From contig CATNEN010000025.1 in the NCBI GenBank assembly GCA_950097015.1, positions 5,952,001-6,016,000 on the forward strand: a stretch of DNA of 64,000 nucleotides, in the 5' to 3' direction. The notes under the pieces are model-generated. The model had not been told where the DNA came from. It searched no databases and saw only the letters and a list, made by a program, of their open reading frames with translations. Each line of letters starts with the position of its first letter. Within the stretch, counting starts at the first letter, position 1. Below are positions 23,867 to 35,093 of the stretch, piece after piece. A program made the position numbers and the translations under genes. The DNA is from Macrostomum hystrix (lineage: Eukaryota > Animalia > Platyhelminthes).

Positions 23867-24490
23867 TCACAGAATCCGATCGATATCGAAACAGATGGCC
23901 ACCCGATCTTCGTCCAGGTTGTCGGAGTCGCAATCAAAGAAGTCTTCATCGTCGGTGTCGACTCCTAAGCCGCAGCCGGCCGGATGTCGGCGACGACGCC
24001 GAGTGGGCGACTCCTCCCAGGGATGATCGCCGGGCGATGATGGCGGCGACGGCGAAGCGGACATCGAAGGAGGCGGCGGCACATTCTCTTTGTTGTCGTA
24101 TCGATTGATAGCGTCGGCGGTTGCTAAGCGACCGCGAAACGGCAGGCCCGAGCCGCCGTCGCCGCATCCGATGCGCTTTAGCAGGCGCAGGAAATCCGCG
24201 GTGTCTGGCAGGAACTCCCATTCGAACGGCGCCTCGTAGGCTGACGGCGGCGGTGGCGGCTTCTCGATTGGATCAACAGTTGGGACAGCGGCAGGCTTCA
24301 CAATTACGGCGGGCGGAGCGGCTGAGTTCATTGGGGCCTTGAAAATATTCTCATTTTGGTTGCTAAGCAACGACAAGCCAGTGCGCGGCGTCCTTGGCGG
24401 CGATAGGCGCTGCTGCTGCTGAAAGATTTTAGCCCGCGGCAAACGAGCAGCCGGAGTCCTAACAGCGCCTGGAGCCAGTTGGTGTTCCAT
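23867..24490 (-). CDS. Orphan Pro/Ser-rich protein with D-box and KEN box (putative cell-cycle regulator)
   Basis: GC-rich island in AT-rich flanks. First ATG is at 24490, with a pyrimidine-rich acceptor just upstream. Motifs are RTGLSLLSN (RxxLxxxxN), KENVPP, several SP/TP sites and an acidic C-terminus. I recognise no folded domain. Confidence 0.7.
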   Translation of the reverse strand: MEHQLAPGAVRTPAARLPRAKIFQQQQRLSPPRTPRTGLSLLSNQNENIFKAPMNSAAPPAVIVKPAAVPTVDPIEKPPPPPSAYEAPFEWEFLPDTADFLRLLKRIGCGDGGSGLPFRGRLATADAINRYDNKENVPPPPSMSASPSPPSSPGDHPWEESPTRRRRRHPAGCGLGVDTDDEDFFDCDSDNLDEDRVAICFDIDRIL

Positions 24491-24714
24491 GTTGCTAGGC
24501 AAAATCTTCGGGCTGTGGGAAGTGGAAGTTTGAATTGGTTTGAGATTCTAATAGTATAAAAAACTAGGTGTGCCATTATTACAAGTTGTACTATTAAGAG
24601 AAACTAGTTTTGCGGGTTGTTGGCAATGGAACATCATTTGCAATTCTGCCCATTTCGCTGACTCTTGAACACACACGCACACAGATACTGTGCCCAGGCA
24701 CACGCTCACACAGG

Positions 24715-24921
24715 CGTGTACATCTGCCCTGACTTTCTCATCGTCAGGCAGTGTACACTTCACTTTGCTTTGGAGGTTGGCCCTCAAGGGCGTAAATTGC
24801 ACGACAGCCCCCAAACCTTCTCTCCGCAGCTGCGCCCCAAATTAATGTGGCCTCGCCGCGGAATCGAGCTCAGGGACCTTGGCGCAAGAAACAAACGCAT
24901 TAACCGCTCCGCCACCGACCC
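24715..24921 (-). mobile_element. tRNA-derived SINE-like element
   Basis: The minus strand has an A box TGGCGGAGCGG (24914-24904) and a B-box-like GCTCGATTCC (24869-24860). No complete tRNA acceptor stem forms. The body has a second copy at 18180-18271. Confidence 0.65.
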
Positions 24922-25854
24922 CCTGTTTAAAATGCTAGGTAAATCAAAGAATAAATAAACTGAAATATTGGTATCAGGGTTAAAAACAACTTTAACACAT
25001 TTCTAATTGATTTTATTCTGTATTTAGTTTAGTTAATTTTCTTTCAAAACAATGACAATGATAACACTGCCATAACAAAACAGAGCGATAATTTGTTGTG
25101 AAACACTAACGATAACTCAGAAAATTATGTCATAAGTTTTTTAACTAGTGGTGTGTAAAAACCTAAATTTACATTCGAACAAAAAATCAACAGACAAAAC
25201 AACGATTATCAACTAAGTACACAAAGAGGGTCGACGAAAAATACACGGCAAAAAATGTAATAAAAGAGATTGCTTACTGGAGAGAAAAAAATAAGATTGC
25301 TTCACGAGCGGTATAATGTGTGTTTTGGTGTGATAATATTGATAAATTGATTTAGTACTGATTGACGGAATATAGAGGAAAAATGTTATAAGCGTTTGTA
25401 TATATATATATAGAATGTTTTGATTAAATAAACTGTAAATTTAAACACTGGAATATTACATTTTCTAGTTTATTCATATAACAATTCACAATTGGCAGTG
25501 GATTTCGTTTTACTTCAATGTGTAAATATTGTTAGCAGAAGCATCTAAATAGGAATTAAAGGAACATGATTAGTCAGCAAACACCGGTGATAAAAAATTA
25601 AATCTATTGATTTATTAGAAGATAAAATCGGAATTTAAATAGAAACAGTTGTGTTCGCGATGATAGCGGACAAGTCAAATGAGAGAGAATATCATAGTTT
25701 TCAAGTTAATTTCGTGAGTATCAAATGTGAGTAAAAATGATTTACTGAAACAAATAATTAAGGTGTACAAGGCTTGCCTAATTAGTCAATGCTATTGAAA
25801 ATAGATAGTCAACAGGCAGTCCTCATCCACTGAATCCTCAAATAGTTAATCCTG

Positions 25855-26262
25855 TTAATCCGCCCTAATCTTCTCCCTAATAGCGGTTTCGTCAACTTCG
25901 GACATATCGTTGGCCTGGATTTCCACAACGCCAATTAGTTCCTTCTTGATGGCGTCCTTGGATGAGGCGTACAGCATCTTGTCGCGAGTAGTAGCAGTGT
26001 CAGGTGCCCAGTGAATGAACAACAGTTTGTCTCGCTTAGCACCATCGTCCAGCGTGTATTTGTAGTCATAGACAATGTAGCGGCACTCGTTAGGCGGCAA
26101 GCTTGATTTGAACTCTTCGTAGGTGGCAGTTTCAACAATGCGTTCGGTTTTAATTTCAGATTCGCGTTCAATTTTAAACACCATATAGGCGTACTTGTGG
26201 CCTAGTTTGATTGCTTTGAAATCGTCTTTGACAGTTGGATCGACTGCAACACCGGAAGCCAT
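25855..26262 (-). CDS. CFL: Actin-depolymerizing factor/cofilin
   Basis: MASGVAV...ECRYIVYDY...KLLFIHWAPDTATTRDKMLYASSKDAIKKEL are ADF-H hallmark motifs. The CDS is a single coding exon. Confidence 0.97.
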   Translation of the reverse strand: MASGVAVDPTVKDDFKAIKLGHKYAYMVFKIERESEIKTERIVETATYEEFKSSLPPNECRYIVYDYKYTLDDGAKRDKLLFIHWAPDTATTRDKMLYASSKDAIKKELIGVVEIQANDMSEVDETAIREKIRAD

Positions 26263-26319
26263 TGTGCAGTTTTATGTTCTGAAATCTAGAATAAAGTTTA
26301 TCAAGATAATTATCTAGTT

Positions 26320-26490
26320 TGAATCATGGCTAAACCAGCGTTTGAATCATCGCTAAACCAGCGTTTGAATCATAACTAAACCAGAGTTTGAATCATGGCT
26401 AAACCAGCGTTTGAATCATCGCTAAACCAGCGTTTGAATCATAGCTAACCCAGCGTTTGAATCATGGCTAAACCAGAGTTTGAATCATGG
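26320..26490. repeat. 23-bp tandem repeat (TTTGAATCATGGCTAAACCAGCG)
   Basis: Visible array. Confidence 0.9.
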
Positions 26491-26661
26491 CAAAAATTTT
26501 CTTTTGTCATTGAATTGAATTCTCGACATTTTGAGTTTGTTATCTCATAACCTCATAATGATATATATTTGTATGATAAAATTTTTGCCTAATATTCATT
26601 TAATTGTTGTTCTCAATTTTCAACAAAAGAAGCTAATATAAAAATTCAACTAGGCAACATT

Positions 26662-27000
26662 GTCAACTGGGCATCATCATCAATGGGGAGTCATCATCAA
26701 ATGGGGGATCATCGTCAACTGGGGGATCATTGTCAACTGGGGGATCATCGTCAACTGGGGGATCATTGTCAACTGGGGGATCATCGTCAACTGGGGGATC
26801 ATTGTCAACTGGGTGATCATTGTCAACTGGGTGATCATTGTCAACTGGCTGATCATTGTCAACTGGGGGATCATTGTCAACTGGGGGATCATTGTCAACT
26901 GGGGGATCATCGTCAACTGGGGGATCATTGTCAACTGGGGGATCATTGTCAACTGAGGGATCATTGTCAACTGGGGGATCATTGTCAACTGGGTGATCAT
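26662..27000. repeat. 18-bp tandem repeat (GTCAACTGGGGGATCATT)
   Basis: Visible array. Confidence 0.93.
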
Positions 27001-29612
27001 TGTAGCTAAAAAAGCTGAAAATAGAGCTGCTAAAAAGTATATACAAGACGAATTAAAAATATTTCTGCTCCCCGAAGTGGGGCAAAACATGCTAGTTTTT
27101 AGTTCTGAAATCTAGAATTCATAAAGTTTATCAAGATAATTATCTAGTTGCTAGAGCTTTCAAGTTTTAATTAAGTTAATTTAAGTGAGTACTTAATCTA
27201 ATAAGTATTTAAAAAGTAGTTAAAAACTAATTAGCTGAACAAATAAACTTAATAGCTAGTGAATTTATAGCTACCTATCTGGAAGTATACTACAATCAGG
27301 AACATTTAGTTTTTTTAGTATATTGAAAATAAGTTCAGATAAACTTTAACAATTGCCTAAGAATATGTTGCTTTAAGAAATAAGATATGAATTTGAAACT
27401 TTTTTACTCATCCTAGATTACTTAACCCTAATGTTTGAAGTTTGAAGCCAATTGTGAAACCCAAATTATTTTATAAGATAAAAGTACAAGAAGCTCCATA
27501 ATTGGTCATTAATGCCAGTGGTAACCATCATACACTAAACACGTTTATGTTCTACATTCAACAATTTTTAACACCACAATTTATTTTATTCTCACTGACT
27601 TCATAAAATACTTTAAATGTAAATAATTCAATTATTTTTAGCCATAATGTACATAATTTTTTAAAAGTAAAAATAAAATAATGGATTAAAAAGTTAAAAT
27701 CCCCTAAAATAAATTAACTTTTACCACCTTAAAAATAAAGCAGAACTAAAAACTGAGTTGAAATGCGTGCACATTTAAAGCCAGGATAACCAAGTAAATA
27801 TATAATTAAAACCAAATATAATCTTTTTACTAAATAAACTTAAAAACCAGCCAAAAGGCATCCCACAATACAATGAAATAGGTATAAGTTATAGTTATAG
27901 ATATACTTAGTATGGAGACAAAAGTAATGTTATATAATTTTGATTAATGAACTGACACTGCAGCTTAACTAATCTAATTTTGATGGCAAAGTTATATTAT
28001 AGTATACTAACTACAGCAGGAGTAAACCAATCATGTCAGTTATGATTCTGTTTTACTGATTTGGTTTCTTGTTTTTCTGATATGTAAAATTCTATAATGC
28101 ATGGCATATTTATATATAATAGATTAAGATTTTAGTTCTAAATCTGATAAAATAATGTTTTAATGTTTCAATTGCACTTTGTATTGTAATTATGTTAACA
28201 CAGAAACACTAACTGTAACTAGATTAGTAAATAGGGATTAGATGCATTTCAGCACAAACATTTTGATAAGTCTATGATTCTCTATATATTTAATTTTTTG
28301 TAGCCAATGCTAGGGGCTCCAGTGAGAAATTAAAAATTAAAAAATCCATATTTTTGGTTTTCTTGTGTTCCAGATCTTGCATGTCTGAGTTAAAAGACAC
28401 CTCACTCATCAAAATTGGTAAAGTAATAAAAAAGTTATGATAATTTTTGATCAACATTTTAGTTGGTTTTGTAATTATGTATTTTCCAATAAGGGGCTGT
28501 GATCCAGACCCAGATGACCGGATAGATTTTACTTGGAAAACATAACAATTGCAATACTTTTTTATTTTTTTACTGGATTTTAAAGATTCCAAAAGCATAT
28601 ACTTGAAGTTCATTTTTTGTTATCTACACTATGGAATATATATACCTTATATTAAAACTCAGTATTAAAGTATTAAATTTTGATTTTACATTGAATAGGA
28701 TTACTATGCTGACAAGACGTGTTTATTTGTTTACAATATAAAACTCTTATGGCTTTAAAGAAGTGGCAAAGCTGTGCCTATTCCATAGCTTAACAAATAG
28801 ACATTGCATAGACATCAATTTACTATTTACAGTCAATTGCAAAAGCCATCTGAAATGTGTCAAGGGGGTATATTAAAGAAACATTTTCCAGGAGATTCCG
28901 CTAAAAGAAAATAAAAAGGTTTGAGTATATCATATTCTACATAAAATTCTACGTAAAATTTCAATGGGATACACTTGGAAAACACAAAAAACAATGATTG
29001 AAAAAAAGAAAAAGAAAATTTCAACCAAAAAATTTGCAAAGTAAAAAACTGTCTTTTACTAAAAAAGAATTGTTAATATAGATTTTTATATCCTCTTTCT
29101 TAATTTTTAATTTGTTTATTTCAGTATCAATGCATTAGTAAAGTTTCTAGGTTCTACGTAAGTAGTTTTTTCTAAATTTGGATCACAAGGCGAATACTTA
29201 AAAAAAATTACAAATTTTGGCAATGTGTAACTTTTTTGTTTCTGCACTAATTATAGTATATAAACACTTGTTGTAAAGTAAATTTTATCTTCTTTCCATT
29301 GATAGTAGGCTTTATTTTCCTAACATAAAATGTTCTTTTTTCATCAGAACATAACATTGTTCTTTATCTTTTTTTCTTTTTCCCATTTTTTTGCTCACTA
29401 GAGTCCCTACCAATGCAATTTATTCCTAATGCAATATCCTTTAAGACTTAATATCTATTAAACTATTTCAAAACCAAGTCTTCTAAGAATTGTGGCTACT
29501 AAAGTTATAATCAATAACCTATTCATCAATTTCAATACATAGCAACTTAAATGAAGCTTGATTCATTGGGTTTATCCAACAGAGCAGCTAGAGGCTCTAC
29601 CATAGGTTTTTG

Positions 29613-30038
29613 TGGATCCTAGACACTTTGTCATCTTACAACTTTGTCATCCACTTGTTGGAAGGTAGGACACTTTGTCATCCAGCCAATTGGCATGCTT
29701 AAAAGTTTGGTCAGTTTGTCATCTACTACTAACAAGCAATCAAGTTTGTCATCAATAAAGTGAGGGTGGGGTGGTGGGGCAGAGGTGTGAACACACTTCA
29801 CACTCTAAATTGTCAAAAAGAGGTCTCAAAACTGATTTTATTATAAGAGTTAAAAGATAGGTGCCAACACAATGTGAGGAGGTGGGGAGGGTGGTTCTAT
29901 TCTAACTTTGAAAGTTTTTGTTTTATAGATAACGAAGTGTCCACAAGTCTAAGTCTCTTCGTCATCCACCCTCTGAGATATTGGACAGATCATCATCTTG
30001 ATGACGAAGTTGTAAGATGACGAATTGTCCAGGTACCA
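29613..30038. mobile_element. MITE-like element with ~30-40 bp imperfect terminal inverted repeats
   Basis: 29622-29651 GACACTTTGTCATCTTACAACTTTGTCATC is the reverse complement (3 mismatches) of 30000-30029 GATGACGAAGTTGTAAGATGACGAATTGTC. GTCATC motifs recur internally. No clear TSD. Confidence 0.6.
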
Positions 30039-30651
30039 GTTTTTTGTATTACTAAATTCAAATTCAAATTACTAAAAAGTGAATGTTTGTTTAAATCCTT
30101 AATTTAAATGTGAAAATTAAAGTTTTCATAATGCAGCAAATTTATCATATTGACCACATGGTTACAACAAAGCAATCCCCACCGTAAATGCTGTATTGAA
30201 AAGCACTGACTGGTACTTAAATGCCTGGTAGGGCCTGGGGCCTACTAAACTGCATGCAGCTGGAAATAGACACTAGCTACAGGCTACAGCCTACAGCTAA
30301 GTCAGGCCTAGACATATCTGTATAAATAGCTTAGCTATGGGGTATCGAATATGTATAATTTTATGAGTCAATATTATAAAAACATTTTTTAATGCAAGTA
30401 GGCATAAAAAAACTAAAATGTGCACTTTGCATTTTGTAATAATAAAAAATTATAAATAAAGAAAAATAATGTTCCAATATGACATGTGCCATAGATTTGA
30501 TATGGGTCAATTCACTGGCAAAATTTGTCAGTGCATATTCGACAATTTAACTGTTGGTTGTTGATGCGGACAATTTGAACCCCTGCGTTCCTCTGACAAT
30601 TCGACTCCCAACAAAATGACTGTGCACAAAATGAATGTTTGGCCAAAAATA

Positions 30652-30684
<33 letters not shown>

Positions 30685-32389
30685 AGATTAAATATTATTC
30701 GCTAATCATTAACACTAGTGCAGACTGCAGCATTCGCGCATAGTCCCTTCAATTGCAATTTCCAGGAGCTCTTCGCGTACAATTTAATGAAATGGCGTTA
30801 GATCAAATGTTTTAAATAGGCGCGAATGAGCGTGAAAGGGGCGTCAAATAACGAGGTTAATGGGAATATTGATAGCAGCTGAGGGTAGATTCGATTTATA
30901 GGAGTCGTATGCGTAGTATATTAATTTTAATGATAAAATAAACACAGATTTTGACCACATAAATGAGTGAAAAAGTGATTAGTGAGCATACAAAAGAAAT
31001 GTTCATTTTTTAGATTTAGGCCACGACGAATATTTCGGTACGAAATATTTACTAGACCTAAAATGCAAAAGCCCCGCAGCAAGTCGGTAAGTCGCTGCGA
31101 CGTCGCCTTGTCGTCGCTATTAGTCGCCATAGACGCGTTGCAATAAATAAAACTAAAATTACAGTTGCTCAATTCGCCATACTTTTATCTAGACCGCGAT
31201 ATGAGGACGAGTAAACGCGGAATGTATTATGATTGTCTTTAGCTTGTTGGATGCTGATTGACGCATATGTTTTGGCGATCGACACAACGTTTGGAGATTT
31301 TCCTTGTCATCCATTTTAAGTGAGATCAACATGATACCTTTTTTTCAAATGCGCTACATCTAGCTTGAATGACAAATAACTTCAACTAATCGAAGTTAAA
31401 CAAATTTGTTGCTTATGTATTAGAAGTTTATAATCAGCTCGAAGTAATATGGACACAGTTATAAAAAGCCTTTCTTACTTGAAATTAAAACTTCTAAATC
31501 TCAATACTATGCATATATGCTTATATATAATTCCATTGCTGCGGTTAGTGAGACTAGTAACATATTACACGCATCTCGTCTTTCATTCAACGCAAAGGGG
31601 TACGTAAAAAATATTATTTTAGTTTTTAGCCTTAACATTCAGTACTGAAAGTAGTCCGCATACGCAACATGGCAAACTGGTATAGTGTACTTGTACATGG
31701 CAACACCTATACAGTTAATAGAAATTTCAATAGAGTAATATAAGCCATACGAGCTAAATTGTATGGATAAACGCGCTGCATTGCTAAAGTCCGTAGTGAA
31801 GGTTTTACGTTTCGACAAAACTTATGTAAAGGATAAAAAATCAATAGTCTCCTAAAATCTTTGTTAATATATCATAATAGCTAAACATCTAAATATGAAT
31901 GTGGTCGATCATTAAGGACGAAAACTTGTTTGAAATTTGTCGGAACTTAAATAAAAGCCAAAAACGCAAATCGCTGAAACAATAAACAAGCTTTGAAAAA
32001 AAGAAATTGCGTCGAAATCAAACAAGTATACATTTTTTCTGGAAGCGCTGTTACATTATTGAAAGGTGCTCAGAACCACAATTGGTTAAGAGTACCGTAA
32101 TATATTGTTAAAGAAAAAAATAAATCCGTGAATGAGGACTCAACAAAGAGAATGACTTTTTAATTGGCTGTATGTCAACCACATGATGTGGGTTATGATT
32201 AATCGCAACGCTAAATGACGGGTTTTCCTATAGATGAGTGTATCTAAAAATAGCAACAACTCCAAATCACCCCGTGTTGGTCCAATCATACTCCGACACA
32301 AAGGATCGACCAATAGAAAGCTGACAAGCTGATTTTATAGAAATTTAGTTTCGCTGTTTAAGAATCGCATACATACAGAGAAAATAATG

Positions 32390-35060
32390 TCAACCAGTTA
32401 ACAGATAGAAGCACCAGTAGCATAGGTTAAACAAGACAAACAGAGACGGGAAGGCTAACCTAGAATATTTGTCAATCTTGTTCACATCCTTGATGCGCGG
32501 CATTCGCGCCCGAAGCTGCAGCGCCCGCTGGCGCAGATGCTGCCCGATGGCTGCTGCGGCGGCAGACCGCTGATGCTGATAATGCCGCTTGTCGTAAACG
32601 CTGTAGCCGCCGCCGCCAAGGCTGCCTGCAGTGACTCGACGATGTCGAAGATGACTTCGGCCGATGCCGAATCCACCAATGCTGACGCCGCCGACGCCGC
32701 TGCTGCCTCCGACGCCGCCGGATGACAAATAGCAGCTGGGCCGGCTAATATAGGGCACGTGTGGGCTCATTGGATAAACTGGAACAGCGGACGGTGGCAC
32801 GGCCTGCGGGCAGGACTGAATGCTCGTCTCCTCTTCTCGACTCTCATCTCCGCTTGTCTGGTTCTGCTGCTGCTGCTGCTGCTCATGCTCCTGATCCTGA
32901 AGCTCCTGCGGCTCCCCAGATTGTCTTCGCTGCTGTTGGAGTTGCTGATTTAGTCGACGAATTCGGAGTCCGATGATCGGCGACATGCGCTGATCGTTCA
33001 GGTCCGTGCCAGGGTGCTTCAGGATGAATTCGCAGAATTTTTTTCATAAGCTATAGCCACAAACTTCACTGAATCATTAGCTAACCGGAGTGATTAGTCT
33101 ACCCTGAGTCATTTGTGTCTACCCTGAATCATAAGTCTACCCTGAATCATAAGTCTACCCTGAATCATTAACTTCCCTGAGTCATAGGTCTAAACTTAGT
33201 TTATTAGTCTACCCTGAGTCATTAGTCTACCCTGAGTCATTAGTCTACCCTGAGTCATTAGTTTACACTGAGTCATTAGTCTACCCTGAGTCATTAGTCT
33301 ACCCTGAGTCGAGTGATTAGTCTACCCTGAGTCATTAGTCTACCCTGAGTCGAGTGATTAGTCTACCCTGAGTCATTAGTCTACCCTGAGTCATTAGTTT
33401 ACACTGAGTCATTAGTCTACCCTGAGTCATTAGTCTACCCTGAGTCGAGTCATTAGTCTACCCTGAGTCATTAGTCTACCCTGAGTCATTAGTCTACACT
33501 GAGTCATTAGTCTACCCTGAGTCATTAGTCTACCCTGAGTCATTAGTCTACCCTGAGTCATTAGTCTACCCTGAGTCATTAGTTTACACTGAATCATTAG
33601 TCTACACTGAGTCGAGTCATTGGTCTACCCTGAGTCAGCAGCCAAGCAGCGTCAGTCGAGGCCTCACCGAGTTTGCCATCATCTCACCGGAGCAGTTACC
33701 CCGATGGCCCAGATTCGGTCCGGAGTCCCTCAATCGCTTAGCCTTTCGCTTGGCCCTGGCGCCCCAGTAAGTATAATTAACCATTGCGTACTCCAGTAGG
33801 GCGGCGAACACAAACACAAAGCACATTACGAGATAAATGTCTATGGCTTTAACGTAGCTGATGCGAGGTAGGGAAGATCGTACTCCTGTGCTAATTGTAG
33901 TCATGGTCAGCACAGTTGTTATGCCTGCGTTAAACAATGCCAATTCACATTATATTTTACTTTGACAGAAGACATTATCCAAAATAACTACTTGCAGTAG
34001 TTTTTTGAGTAAAATATTTTCAAGAAAGCTACGAATGCTTACCAAGAGCCACTCGAGCCGATGTAGCCTCGTGATTGATCCAGAACGACACCCACGACAG
34101 CATGACAATCAGAATCGACGGCAGGTAGGTTTGAAATACGAAGAAGCCGACATTTCTACGCAGTCGAAATATCAACGACAATCTCTGGTATGAGCCTGTC
34201 AAAGAGTTGAAAAAATGTAGGTCTTCTTATACCAAAGTTTGTTTGTAACAGTTTGTTATCATAAAGCTAACGAGATTAGTACGTCGTATAGCCAATTAAA
34301 ACTCGCGGAGGCATGAGGGTTTTAAAACATATGTCCGAAAGCCACTCTATCCGTGCAGAGATGGCAGCCAATCAGAACTGGTTCGGGGGTGGTTGGTCAA
34401 TGTTGCCTCTATCTTAAACTCTCTTACCCTTGCCGAGGTGGCAGCCAATCAGAACTGGCTGGAGGGAGGTGGGTCTCTCAACTTCTAACCTGCGTTTCCT
34501 ACTACCAGCTATACTTCCCAGCCCTCCTAAAGAAAGAATAATGGCTAGAGGAAAAAAATTGAAGACTTAAATCCTTAAAATGGGATATTTGAAGTGCAAG
34601 AAACGCCCCCCAGTTGTCGCTGCAAAAATGTAAAGACAATCTTCTCTCATTCCATCCATTCTCTATGTGCGACCTCATTTGCATTTCACCGTGTTTGTCA
34701 GTCTTGAAACTTTGACGCGGTATTAGAGAGACAAATACCATAGCAGATTGCTCGTTCTTGAGGCTATTTATAGAGTTGCCCATAGAGAAGACTGAGAAAC
34801 ACAAGAAGTCTTGGCCTGTCACGCACTCCTTACAGTTCTCCTATCCGTTTTGTTGGCGAATAAAACAAAAAAACATATCTTTCACAGCTCGCGCCTTTTC
34901 CCACAGTGGAGGAAGAAGAACGAATCCAGAATATATAGGAGACAGCAGCAACAGCAGCAGCAGCAACAGCTATGCAAGATATGCAGCAAAAAATATGTGA
35001 GAAAATATTCCCTGCATTCGGAAAATGGACTGGCTGTTGTCTCCTTCAAAGTCAGACACT

Positions 35061-35093
<33 letters not shown>

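Noticed and set aside
24725-24760. CTGACGA-TGA-GAAA-GTC in the SINE body (minus strand) resembling hammerhead core pieces
   Set aside because: There is no stem II, and the second copy has CTGACAA. A simple hairpin explains it better.
30927-31172. 81-aa ORF and neighbouring moderately GC-rich sequence
   Set aside because: It has a non-ATG start and no recognisable motif or splice context.
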